DNA from: Camelus dromedarius | Taxonomy: Eukaryota | Assembly: GCF_036321535.1 (NCBI RefSeq) | Contig: NC_087472.1 | Location: 96,474,001 to 96,538,000, forward strand | Length of the DNA stretch: 64,000 bases | Direction: 5' to 3' | In this document: positions 52,298-64,000 of the stretch, piece after piece | How the letters are laid out: the number at the start of each line of letters is the position of its first letter | How positions within the stretch are numbered: position 1 is the stretch's first letter | Notes under the pieces: model-generated | Told to the model about the DNA's origin: nothing | The model's database searches: none | The model's input: the letters and a program-made list of their open reading frames with translations, nothing else | Translations under genes and position numbers: made by a program

Positions 52298-54860
52298 TCT
52301 AGATAGATCTTAATGAAATGGCTGAATTCCAAAGATTAAAAAAAATCACATAAACTTTAGGAAACAACGAAGCAAGATATACAACAGAAAACCAGTGAAA
52401 TAACATCTATAAACTGTGGAAGAAAAGGGACAGTGACAAAAAGTTTATACCTCCCAACTAAGATATCATTTGTCACGGCAAAAGCAGATATTTTGGGGGT
52501 AGTCAGGGCCTCAGAAAGAATATAATACACCCACATACCAGACACAAGGGAACAAACATTTGGTATGCATCAATCAAATGACAATTTATTCAGTACAGAG
52601 AAGTCAAATGGAGAAAGATAAAATGAGTAAGAAACAACAGTAGCACTAAATCCTGCAATGTACACTTACATATAAATAGATTATGATAGCGTGACTGAGG
52701 ATTTGTAACATAAGAGATAAGGACTGTTGAAATAGAAAACACATTATCAGACAAAGCAGGATTCAAGATCAAATGTTAAAGAGGACAAAAACAGATGTTT
52801 TGTATCATGAAGAAGATATGTCATACATCTATGTAACAAAAATCTACAGATGCCAAATACACAACACAAAACTTGAAATATAAGGAAACTGAATAAAACA
52901 CTAGTATGATGGGAGATTTTATTATTTTTTCAAAAATTAAAAAATCAGGGAGTCAAAAAATAGTAAGAATATAGGAGATTTGAAAACACAATCAACAAGC
53001 TCAATTTTATCTATAAATTTATATCAGAAATGGAAAAATACACACTATACTACACAGCCGGTGCTGCATTTCCCCTCATAAAAAACTATTAAGTGCCTTG
53101 CCCAAAAAGAAAACTATAAAATTCCAAAAAAATGTAGAGGCTATCCAAGCTATACTTTGAACCCAAACCAATAAAATTAGAGATCAACACTAAAGAGACT
53201 AATAAAAAACTTTTTACTACTTGGAAGTTATAAACACTACTGTAAAGAAATCAAAAGTGATATGTATAAAAAACTAAAATAGACTTGCCATATGATCCAG
53301 CAATCCCACTCCTGGGCATATATCCAGAGGGAACCTTAATTCAAAAAGACACATGCACCCCAATGTTCACAGCGGCACTATTTACAATAGCCAAGACATG
53401 GAGACAACCCAAATGTCCATCAACAGATGATGGAATAAAGAAGATGTGGTATATATAAATATACCATATATATATATATATAAAAATATATAATGGAGTA
53501 CTACTCAGCCATAAAAAAGAATAAAATAATGCCATCTGCAGCAACATGGATGGAACTGAAGATCGTCATTCTAAGTGAAGTAAGCCAGAAAGAGAAAGAA
53601 AAATACCATACGGTATCACTCATATGTGGAATCTAAAAAAAAAAAAAAAAAAAAAAGACACAAGTGGACTTACTTACAAAACAAAGGTATACAAAGGTGT
53701 AGCTTGGTAGTACAGCACAAGCTTAGCTTGCCTGAGGTCTCGGGTTCAATCCTATTAAAACAACAACAACAACTCCAGCGCAGCAACAGGCCGACCCTGA
53801 GGGTCTTAGGAGAAGCATGACAGATGAGGTCAATAACAAAATAAATCACAGACTAGAAAAATGTGCAGCAAAGGTATTAGAAATGTAATCGGCTAAATGA
53901 ACAAAAGACTCTAAGTAGAAAATGGGGCACAAGATTAGAACAGGTGATTCTTCAAGTATTACCTGACTCCACTAGGAGTAAGGTCAAAGCAGATTGACCT
54001 TACAAAGCAGAAACAATGATGACATAGAGAGAGAAAAAATATATATATGTTTTTTATTTGTGATATTGGCTCTAACACCCATTGTTTGTAAGACAGGGGA
54101 ATGGGCCCTCCCATATATTCCTCTGGGGGTGTGAATTGCTATAATCCTGAAAACCTCAGCATCCAACAAATACTTCTTTAGTACCTGCTATGCACTCTGC
54201 TGTTCTAGGTGAACAACAATAAACAAAATAGACAAAAATGCCTGCAATTCTGGAATTTACACTCTAACAAAAAACAATTTGCTAATACCTAGTAACATTT
54301 TTTAATATCACATATCCTTTTGCTTGTCAATCACATCTTGCGGGAATCCATCCCGCAGAAATCAAAGCACAAGTGAATAAGGATTATATGCACAAGGATA
54401 GTTATTCCAGCATTCTTGTATTGGCAGAAAACTGGAAACAATTCAAATGTCCATCAAAAGGGGAATGGTTGACTATATTAAGGTGGGTACAATCTCTGGA
54501 AAGTTTTTCACCTATTAAAGAGAAGGAGAAAGAGCTTGGTGGTCTACTTTCCCAGAGGGACAGATATGATATATTAAGTGACTTGCAAAGATGTGTAATC
54601 TCATTTTGGTTAAAAAAAAAAAAAAAAAGGAAATTCCTCGAAGCCTCCTCTTGCTGTCTTTACATATCTATCTTTGTGCCCGTTTGTATGAGCATGGAGG
54701 GAAGGCATACAGTCTGTTAACTAAGATTACCTCTAGGAAATTGGCTTGAAGGAAGTGTAGAGATGAGATCATTAAGCTGTCTTTATACTTACTTTGTATT
54801 GTACAACATGTTACAGTAACATGTATTTTACAACTGAAAAAATCTAATAAAACTAAAACT
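39780..54860 (+). mobile_element. ~15 kb L1-dense block (HAL1-like, L1M 5'UTR/ORF1/ORF2/3' fragments, young L1 tails at ~42740-42945, ~46530-46770, ~53270-53686; L2 at ~45090-45715; degenerate SINE at ~53694-53770)
   Basis: Repeated L1 hallmarks: acctagaattctatacc, gatttcaatatccctctttcaata, gacatttcgccaaagaagatatacaaatggcc; no long intact ORF. Confidence 0.8.
52243..52298. repeat. Compound (CT)n(CA)n microsatellite
   Basis: Directly visible. Confidence 0.95.
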
Positions 54861-55908
54861 CAATAAATATATTTTTTAAAGGATAATAATGTTCTGGGTA
54901 ATGGGATAAGAGGAGACAGCATTTTACCTTCTTCTCTGTACCATTCTAAATTTCCCATATTCTCTCCAAAAAGAATGTTATTAAACACCCTATCCGCTTG
55001 CTCCTTTCTCTGGTTGGGGACCGAGCAGGCTCTCCATAGCTCACAGAGGGTAAAGTGGGCCCCACACCTTCAAGTGACTGGCTGCATCAGCCAATGCCTA
55101 GACTGCAGGGAAGTAGATTTGCCCTCTGGGTCTCCCAATCCAGCTTTACTAGATTAAGTCACACACCCAACTGGTGGTTTCTTACGTCTATTTTCAATGT
55201 GGTTAGAGCCCAGAGAGGACGGGTGTGATTAGAACATCCCACACCCCATCGGATGGTTCTGCAATACTTCCCCTTATTTCAAAGAAGTTCCGGCAAAAGG
55301 AAATGGGTTCTGCATTTAAAGCCAAACACAAGCATGAAGGAAAAGCAGAAATTGGCCTCTCTTGAAAAGTAAAGTAATATAGGTCTAGTTAACTTTTTTT
55401 TTAGCAACACACTTAGATATTTCTAAATATGATCATTCACATCATGAATGAACAAACATCATCTAAAAGCCCTAGGCAGGCTTTTTGTAGCAAACTGTCC
55501 CATTGGCTTTACAGCATCAGCAGATCACTACAAAGCCAAATCTTTGTGTTCACCAATACAAGCAACATAAGCAAGACGAGACCAAGAGAAAAGGAAAAAC
55601 CAAGTAAAGGAAAATAATTCTTGATTTTTTATTTTGACCACAAACTTGGTCAAACTTGGTTAAGAAATTCCATCTCAGAGGTCATGAAAACGATTTTAAA
55701 GTCCAAGTAGGTACAGATGCTACACCCACCTCTGGTCAACAGTGATACCCTCACTGGTGCTAGAAGTGCTGAACCACCGAAGGGGTAGCATCATTTTCAG
55801 CTTACATCGTGTTGGGGATTTACTGTGAGATTTAAGCCTCATTTCTGCGTTGTGTGTGCCTTGTCTATAGCCAACACTCCACTAGGGTAACTTAAAACAA
55901 AATAGGAA

Positions 55909-55914
55909 TTTATT
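55909..55914 (-). terminator. ZFX: Candidate distal poly(A) signal
   Basis: Minus strand TGTA-AATAAA-TTCCTATTTTGTTTT. Confidence 0.4.
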
Positions 55915-56422
55915 TACAACAGCAAAGATGTCAAAAATAACAGGAACAATGTATGACAAATCCAAGAATTATTTTATGAAAAAGGCAAACAATATATACA
56001 CAAAACAAAATCCAAAAGGGCAAACTTAACTTTGACCTTATCTAGACAGCTGCAGAATGTGGCAAAATGTTTTTTCAGATACGAATTACTTAAGTAATGT
56101 TGAGCCAATTAAACACACACTTTTCAGCTCCTTTTTTTCACTTGCTGAATCTTTCTTTGGATTCTATTTACCTTTGAGGAATATTAACTTTGGGGAGCCA
56201 CACAAGATTTATGAAGCACAGGCTATTTACAAGTGTACTAAAGGATATACTTACTGATCAACAGGCTCACATTTCAAAGAGGGTAAAGTTGTGTAAGAGT
56301 GAAGGTTGATAAACTGAGTCCCATTTCACCATCACTGCTTATTTCTGGGGTTTGGGTGCGTGTGTGTCTTGTCTACTACACAAAATGCTGCACCGGTAAT
56401 CTTTTAAGTTCAAGTGCTGTAA

Positions 56423-56608
56423 CAGTGCTTCTCAAACTTAAGCATGTACTAGAATCACTTAGAGGACATGTTAAGACATAGATCTCTGGGCCCCACACCC
56501 AGTTTCTGATTCAGTGGGTCTGGGGTGAGGTTGAGAAGCTGCATCTTTAACTAAGTCCAGCTGATTATAATGCTGCCACCACTGCCAGGCCGCACTTTGA
56601 AAACACTG
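56423..56608. mobile_element. MER5A within the distal ZFX 3' region
   Basis: Termini CAGTGCTTCTCAAA and TTTGAAAACACTG; tttctgattcagtgggtctggggtgagg. Confidence 0.85.
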
Positions 56609-57448
56609 CTTTTAAGATTTCGACTGGTCAAGCTTTTCCTTATGCGAATCCTAGAATTTGTGAGAAATAAAGGAAATTTAATACTGAGATTCTGAGGACA
56701 GAGTAGTACATTATCTGACTGGCTGGAATCACAGACCAGTATGATGTTATCTGGCAGTCGTTCTACTAGAATTAAGTCTTTCAGCATGCTATGGTTTTGT
56801 CTTGTTTATGGCCCTGGACAGTGACATTGACCATGTTTTCTTGGTCACTGACCTCACTGACCTCAAATTTTGATTATTTACTGTTCCAGCATAGTTAAAT
56901 AACTGCACGATCTCATCTTTAAAAATCAAAGATGATTCAAATCTATCTCATTTTCTTCTGACTCCTGCTAACTTTTAACTAACTTCTTTTTTCTAAAAAT
57001 GACCATGATCATTCTCTAGTATCTGAGTGTCTATAGAAGCCCTCCAAACTGGGCACAGAGGGGTAACTCAAGGGGAGGGTTTCTGCTATGGAGGTGGGGA
57101 CAATCCCACTGATTAAATGTGCTGTAGACTGATACTGAAATACACTTTTAAGTGCTCTCAAAAACCACTTTATGCATGGGAAATTTTATCTCAGGGGAAT
57201 GAGAGATGCTAATAAAACAAATCCTTTATGAAGATAAAAGAAAAAATGAATTGCAAGGACATGCTCATCAAAGGACTCACCAATCACCTCTTAACTTCTC
57301 TAAAATGTTACTTGCAAATTCGCAGAACTGAAATATTAGTATTTAAATCCAGGTCACAAAATTCAAAGCCATCAAGCATTTTGCATTCCACTGCTGCATA
57401 TAAGGAATTAAGAAATGGGGAAATGAAAATAATCCACTGCTTTTGATG

Positions 57449-57454
57449 TTTATT
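57449..57454 (-). terminator. ZFX: Candidate major poly(A) signal of ZFX
   Basis: Minus strand reads TGTACAGTTTTTGTAAACCT-AATAAA-CATCAAAAGCAGTGGATTATTTTCATTT: two upstream UGUA elements and a U-rich downstream region. Confidence 0.7.
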
Positions 57455-60018
57455 AGGTTTACAAAAACTGTACATTTTTTTTTCTTAAGAAAAACCATTA
57501 ACTTAGTACTGGTATCAAATAGACTAAACATTAACAGGAAAATATTCTGATTTTTATTTTTGCACGTTATTCTCAAGTACACAATTACAATAATGTCACA
57601 CATCCCTATATGATTTTCTTTTTATGTATTTTACTTTTTTTACAAAGTGTACAGAGGGAGGGACATACAATATTTAATAGGATATTTCTACAGAACAATA
57701 ACTTATATTATGTCCTTGTAAAAATCTGTACCTCTTTAAAACATTTAACTGAAACATCCATTTTTTTTAGCTTTGCTAATCAAAATTGTTTTAAGAATTA
57801 AAACTAGGTTGTAACTAATGTCAGTACATAACAGTGACTACAACTTCATTTTCTCTTTATACAGACAAATACATTTTATCATATTCACTTGACCAAACCC
57901 TTAAATACCTTTTAAAGGTTTCAATATTGTGCTTTAAAAAGAAAAGAACTGTGTATGATTCCAGACTATGTAAGAGAAATATAAAGTGTGTAAAGTGTTG
58001 TGTTCTTTATCTTTCAGTTTATTTAAAAAAATATAGTTAAAGGACCAATTATTTATATTTTCTGTATTAACTTTTACAGGATGTTTTAAAATTAATAAAT
58101 TTCCACTTTCATTTAAGTGTTTTCTTTTACATTATTTCTGGGAAAAATTAAAAATAAGGGAGATTTTAAAGGTTCTCACAAAAAAACAGACAGAGCGTTC
58201 AAGAAAAGTACTGCAGGGTAATGAATCACACAACTGTAAGTTACTTTAAAGAAAGAAAAAAAAAGCACATTATGGGGCCAAGAGGGCATAGGGGCTCCTA
58301 TGCCGTGGCTTTGACTGGCATTCGGGTTGGAGTTCATACCAGCCTAAAGCACTTGATTTAGAGCTGGACTAAATCAATCTAGCACTTCAGAGGCTTGCCA
58401 AACACTAGACACTTCGACTTCTAACCCTATAAATAACTCTCGCCTACAAGTATCAATGGCAAAGAGAAAGATGAAAGGTAAAAACCCAATAGCACAAAGG
58501 CGATGGAGCACCATAATGAAGTGGCTAGGCAGCTAACCAGTGGGAAGAAAATTCCTGCCTCTCAATGATGTGCCAGATACTCATGCGCCAACAGCCAATT
58601 GGGGCCCCCAAAATGGTTTTCTGTTCTCCAACTTATCTTAACATAATCAAATTCTAATTAACCAAGTTCGTTTTTATGAATTTTTGATACTGATTTGGAA
58701 CTATATGTTAAAAAATGTCAACTTTCAAAGAAAAACCAAACTGTGAAAGAGTAGGTGATGTTCCAAATAAGGCCTCAGATTTGTCTCATGCACTTAAAAC
58801 ACACCTTTATCTTCTAATCAAAGTCAACTTAAGCGTTAAGTTTTTTTAAAGTTTGCTGACTATAACTAAGAAATAACAGAGCAGGCTGGACTTGCCAAGT
58901 TTAAGTCGTAATTAGCACCCATTCTCTGGTCCACGGAGCTGCTGCTTCCTTTGTCCCCCCACAGTTGGTGACACAGAGTTCCCTCACGAGCTTCCCAGAG
59001 ACAACTGACAAGAGTTAGGTCTGGATACTCATTAGCTTTTCAGAAAAATATAAAGGCATGGAGCTGAAGTTATATGAAAACATTCTATCTAGAAACATCT
59101 TAACTTCTATTTTTCAGTTACCAAAGATATTTAAAAGAAAATACCTTTACTCTTTAAAAATACTAGTGTCCTTATTTTCCTTCTAATTCTTCACCTGAGT
59201 AGTCTCTCTGAAGAGCATGATTAACAAAATGCTCTCTCATGCATCCCTGCATCTTTCATGTTATCGTAAATTTAATACTTCTCATTATAGATTTTAAACA
59301 ACTACTACTTGGGGTTGTGTGTATAAATATGTAAAATAAGCAATACACACAGATACATGTTATATATATGTGCATATACATAATTCAGGGTACATTTACA
59401 TATATAAAGTTGCAAAAGATCCTATGAGCCACGAATTACCTCTAGGAGATTCCAAATGCAGTCCTCAATAAGTCTCATTTGTAGCACACAACCATTCCAA
59501 GACAAAGCAGCACAGACAGAATAATCAAAATACAACAGGATCAAGCAAAATTGTTCAATAAAGTTTTCTAAAAGTTTGCTATGCTGACAACAGATGTAAA
59601 TACTCCAAAGAAAGCCTCCCCAAAAGTATACTGCGTCTGAACAAAACGAAAAGTAACACGAACCCAGCCACTGCTCTTTACTCGGCGATGCCAGGGACAC
59701 AAAAGCTCAAATGGAAACTTCCACTGTCATGTGGTCTGAAAATATTAAACAAGACAAGTAAATGAATTCTGTTAGGATAATTAGACCTGACCGTAAAAAT
59801 CTCCCCATTTATGTTAGTAGATGTCTCTGACAATTTTATTGTGAGAAATTTATGGGAAAAGAGAGAGTCAACATGAGTACTTTCAGAGTTACCAATCTAA
59901 AGTTACCTTAACTTTAAGTTAAATGGTCTTAGAAGAGTACCAAAGGTAAGCACGGTAAATATTTAAATAAATATAAAACTTCTAAGATAGAAAAATTCAG
60001 TATAGAATCAGGGATTAC

Positions 60019-60062
60019 TTTATTAAAAGCAACTTGCTTGTTGCCACTTTTCCCCATTTATT
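60019..60062 (-). terminator. ZFX: Candidate proximal poly(A) signals of ZFX
   Basis: AATAAA on the minus strand at 60062-60057 and 60024-60019 (another at 59840-59835). Confidence 0.45.
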
Positions 60063-60254
60063 AAACAAACTGAATAGAATTCAGAACACACTATTGAACA
60101 AAATGTAAAAAAAAAAAGTCAACTAGAAGCAATAATTCTATTTGTACACAGCATAAATCAATATACAGTATCGTATGTGAACGAGACTGATTGGCTTTAA
60201 AATGAATTTTCTGCTTCAAGGCCAACATCTCTACAAACGTCTGTGTAAGTATCG

Positions 60255-61438
60255 TTAGGGCAGGCCAACTTCTTTATGATGTCGCATTATGTGCTGGTTC
60301 TTCTCTGAAGGTCTTCGGAACCCCTTCTTGCAGTACTCACAGCGGTGAGGGTAGTCTTTCGTATGAATGGAAATAACGTGCCGTTTAAAGCCTGAGGCAT
60401 CTGTAGTGCTATACTCACAGTACTCACACTGATACACCTTCCTGCCACTGTGTGTCTTCATATGCTTTTTAAGCTCATTCTGTTGCCTAAATCCCTTTCT
60501 ACATCTCTTACACCTGAACGGAAGATCTTTCGTGTGAACTGAGAGAATATGGCGACTTAGAACAAATGGATCTGCAATCTTAAAGTCACAATGTCTACAC
60601 TGGTGCATTTTTTTACCCTTGTGGGCAGCCACATGTTTCTTGAGTTCAGAAGGCCTGTGAAAGCCTTTGTCACACATGTCACACTTATGGGGGTAGTCCT
60701 TCGTGTGAACTGAAATGATGTGTCGTTTCAGGTCGCTTGAGTTCGAGCTCTTGTGGTCGCAATGCAAACACTGGTGTGTTTTGCTTTCTTGGTGGATAAG
60801 AGCATGTTGCTGCACCTCTTTGGTATCGGAGAAAGTCAGAAGACAAATGTCACACTTGAATGGCATCTCTTTACTATGCTTAGTTTTTACGTGTGTTTTC
60901 AAGTTAGAAGAGTCTGCAGACCTGTATTCGCAGTACTGGCACTGGTACGGCTTCTCCCCGGTATGGATTCGCATGTGCTTTTTGAGCTCTGAGGGGTGTC
61001 GAAAACCTTTACCGCACTCCACGCATATATGAGGAAAGTTCTTGCTGTGGACCGCCAAGAGGTGGCGATTCAGTAACCCTTGTTCAGCGGTCTCGTATTC
61101 ACAGAATTTACACTTGTGCATTTTGTTGGCTCCTTTTTCCTTATGCACCATTTTGTGAGTAAACAAAGCCCCAGCATGAGAGAAATGCTTCCCACACTCA
61201 TCGCACTCGATGGCCTTCTCTGCCTTGCTGGTCAGCTTGTGGCTCTCCAGGTGGTTGTGTAAACTTATCTTCTTGTTGGTAGTGTAATCACAGTCAGTAC
61301 AGCGGTACTTCTTCTTCGTAAGGTGTTCAGGATGGTTTTTCATGTGTCTTTTCAAAAAACCTCGTGACTTAAACTTTTTCCCACAAATCATGCAAGGATA
61401 GACAGTCAAGGGATGTCCATCAGGGCCAATAATTATTG
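60255..61438 (-). CDS. ZFX: ZFX terminal coding exon: 13 C2H2 zinc fingers, stop TAA at 60257-60255
   Basis: [32 protein letters not shown]...[13 protein letters not shown]; 13 fingers counted; acceptor cctttcttAG at 61440-61439. Residues (KKYRC, THVKTK, HALIH, DMCDK, VAAH) match ZFX rather than human ZFY as I recall them. The ORF-track start MLLSFPFL is intronic. Confidence 0.95.
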
Positions 61439-62288
61439 CTAAGAAAGGAAAAGAGAGGAGCATGAGTGATCAAACCAAGTCCTGCTCTGGTTTCTTCAAG
61501 AATTTAGAAGTGTATGTTCCAAACATTACTGGGCAAACACTCCTATGTTAGGCTATCTTCTACTTAACATTCTTTTTACCGTTTTTCAACATAAGAGACA
61601 CAGCAGCCTCATCATAAAGAGAACCTGGTCTGGAAATTTCATTCAGTATGACTGTACCAATCTCACTGCCTCCAGTTTAAAAATATAAAGAAATGAATAA
61701 ATATGTAACTTCCGTCAACTAGTGACTAAAGCTGTAACAATTTAGAGACTGGTGGGAAATTATTGATAAAAATTAAGTTTCATAGTCATAACTTCTGCTT
61801 TGGTGATTCTAACAACATAATTTATATCAATTAAAGCTTAAATACACCTGTAAAATTTTAATATGCAAATCAGCATACAAGAATAGACAGGAATGTCACA
61901 TGAACTGAAGTACTTGTCCTGCTGCTCTTTAAATTATTCCTGCTCTATGCTGACATAATCATATTCTTTAAATATATTAACTTAGTTTTTCTAAAAAAGT
62001 CAATGCTTGCAACATATTTGAGGGATTTCTTTTCATTTCCACATAAAAATCACCCAAGTTTTGAATTTTTTCATCCATGTTCAGTCCATTCCCTGTTTTC
62101 TTTTTTAACCAAGGAAATCATTCATGAATATCACTTAATTCTTAAAATTATATTTTCACGTTCAATACACAAAAGCTCTATGTGGTCTAGCAGCTAAAAT
62201 GCCATCACAACACCTTTGTGGATACATACTAGAGTTTCATCTGAGAGCTCGCAAAGCACGCTGCGCTGTGGAACTCGTGTGCCCTCAC

Positions 62289-62429
62289 CTGTTTGGTACT
62301 GCCTGGAATCAGGTCTTCTCCTTTTCTTTGGTTTTTGTTTAGCCAGTCTGCCGAGCCCAGCAGACTCATCTATGTGCAAGAGGGCACTTGCAGTGCCATT
62401 CCGGTTTTCAATTCCATCAGAATTATTAC
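62289..62429 (-). CDS. ZFX: ZFX penultimate coding exon (141 bp) with basic nuclear localisation signal
   Basis: Encodes [47 protein letters not shown]; acceptor ttgttAG, donor GTGAG. Confidence 0.96.
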
Positions 62430-62959
62430 CTAACAATGCGCATTAAAAAACAAAATTATACAGTATTATAAATTATAAAGAATTAGGGACTCTTTATTAA
62501 CTACAACAACGAAAGTAAGCCATGATACTCATGAATGACAGAGATTCCCCATTCTAGGTAATGGGTTTTACGACCACTTATTATATCAAGACCGTAGGAA
62601 ATGCCTAGCTTCCAAATCTAAAAAAAATGTCAGCATTTTGCCCCATGGACTCCCTTGTTGTCTCCCAAAATTGTAAAGTCATTGGCCACATATAATCAAG
62701 ATGAAAAGTTTCAGCTTGAAAGCCTGTGTACTTCTTGCAGTACTTCCTTCTACGTAATATACACATGAAGGAAATTCCTGTTAAAAATAAAGACAAAAAG
62801 TAGACTTTATAATCTTCCTCTACTCTTGTTCAAATCAAATAACCCTCACAGGGTACTGGTATTTCAGATTTGTGAAACCTAAGACCACAGAAACCATTTT
62901 TCAGCTATGAACTCACGTTCAAGGACCACGTCAGTGCCAAGAGCCGCTATGTGACTTAC

Positions 62960-63112
62960 CGTAAGCTGCTGCCCATGCTATTGGCATGAAGGTTTTGATT
63001 TCATTGTCATCGATTTGCTGTTCATGTGCAGCAGCTGCTGCCGCTGCTGCAGCAGCGTCTTCCTCTCCTACAATCACTTCCATATAAACTTCATCAGCGA
63101 TTTCAGCAACAT
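62960..63112 (-). CDS. ZFX: ZFX internal coding exon (153 bp) with poly-alanine tract
   Basis: Hand translation [20 protein letters not shown]10[22 protein letters not shown]; acceptor ccacttAG, donor GTAAGT; absent from the supplied ORF track. Confidence 0.95.
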
Positions 63113-63485
63113 CTAAGTGGAAAATTACAGAAACTTATGTGACCAGGTTTACAGAGATCCCAGGAAAGACAGTTTCATTTGAATTCAGTTAACAGACAAG
63201 AAGGTTCAAGTGCTATATACCTAGGACACAACTTTCGTGTAGTGAGCACTCAATAGGTATTTGCTGAATGAGTCATACATTTCTTGGCTTTCACCATAAT
63301 TTGTTTTTAAAGCAACATTCTAAGCATACCTAACAAGTCATTGATGTTTCCTATGAAATATGGCAGCATAATAATCTCTACAATAATGTTACTCTGTTTC
63401 CTTCAAATACTGGCCATATTTTTAAAAAATAAGTAAGAGCTATAGGTACACAAAATTCTCTCCCACAGAAAGGCCACCTACTTAC

Positions 63486-63629
63486 TTAAATCTTCATCTT
63501 CTTGCTGAGAGTCGTTGACGGTCATATAAACCATCTTTTCCCTTGGCACACGAAGACTGCTATTCTGATCAAGTAGTTCAACTCCATGATCATTCTCAGG
63601 TTCACTCTCCACAATGTCTACAGTGCCAC
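63486..63629 (-). CDS. ZFX: ZFX internal coding exon (144 bp), acidic domain
   Basis: Encodes GGTVDIVESEPENDHGVELLDQNSSLRVPREKMVYMTVNDSQQEDEDL; acceptor ttcctgatAG, donor GTAAGT. Confidence 0.95.
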
Positions 63630-63848
63630 CTATCAGGAAAGATGACAACTCGAAGAATTTATGTGAAAACTTCATTTCTACCTGTTTCACTTACTGCATT
63701 TCACACACATTTCTACTGCTACATTGGAACCCTCGCTTAAAAGCTATCTTCAGAAAAGATTTTAAATAGTCTCAGTCTACACCACCAAAAAGTAATCAGG
63801 TTGAAGTGTTTGATCAGGATGAATAATATGCTGAAGATTTCCTCTTAC

Positions 63849-63998
63849 CTAAGTCATCCTCCCCAGGGTCAGCTTTAAAAATGTACACCTTGATGACTTC
63901 AGGGCAAGTGCCATCCACTTTACAAGGATCAATTTCCGACTCTGCGTCCATGGTCATTCCAGAGGAACCATCATGTTCTATTTTGCCAGCATCATCCA
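63849..63998 (-). CDS. ZFX: ZFX internal coding exon (150 bp), acidic activation domain
   Basis: Encodes DDAGKIEHDGSSGMTMDAESEIDPCKVDGTCPEVIKVYIFKADPGEDDL; acceptor AG at 64000-63999, donor GTAAG at 63848-63844. Confidence 0.95.
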
Positions 63999-64000
63999 CT

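Larger units (their letters stand above)
55380..60254 (-). other. ZFX: ZFX long 3'UTR, main end probably near 57430, possible extension to ~55.4-55.9 kb
   Basis: AU-rich, almost transposon-free sequence directly after the stop codon with multiple AATAAA hexamers; the distal boundary is inferred. Confidence 0.7.

Noticed and set aside
60715..61262. Plus-strand ORFs overlapping ZFX
   Set aside because: Antisense shadows of the zinc-finger exon
60255..63998. Alternative identification as ZFY, ZNF711 or a processed retrocopy
   Set aside because: Introns are present and most diagnostic residues and the long 3'UTR fit ZFX; ZFY is unlikely but not fully excluded without sex-linkage data
1..64000. 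CRISPR arrays, operons, rRNA or prokaryotic defence systems
   Set aside because: No regularly spaced repeats or dense ORFs; the sequence is plainly mammalian and intron-containing

Overview
Mammalian (eutherian) genomic DNA, most likely camelid X chromosome. At least seven copies of a tRNA-Ala(AGC)-derived SINE of the camelid Vic-1 type are present. The right end (minus strand) holds the last five coding exons of ZFX: 63849-63998, 63486-63629, 62960-63112, 62289-62429 and the 13-zinc-finger exon 60255-61438, all with GT-AG boundaries in phase 1. A long AU-rich 3'UTR follows, with several candidate poly(A) signals. The remaining ~55 kb is intergenic and dominated by transposon fossils (L1, HAL1-like, L2, MIR, MLT1/MLT2/ERVL LTRs, MER5/MER20/Tigger1), often nested with readable target-site duplications. 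Almost all short ORFs in the supplied track are spurious or repeat-derived. I found no convincing evidence of a complete new biological system. The most interesting unexplained signals are: (i) a decayed, unidentified minus-strand coding-like relic at ~37.3-39.4 kb that includes a perfect TACTAAC branch point and NAGNAG acceptor; (ii) a two-part templated insertion at 33.2-33.5 kb copied from 31.9-32.1 kb; (iii) an L1 whose 3'UTR is replaced by foreign sequence; (iv) candidate regulatory elements (CTCF site, paired AP-1/ARE, homeodomain-rich block, CpG cluster inside an old L2). Repeat family names are recognised from memory of consensus sequences and their boundaries are approximate unless a TSD or TIR is quoted.
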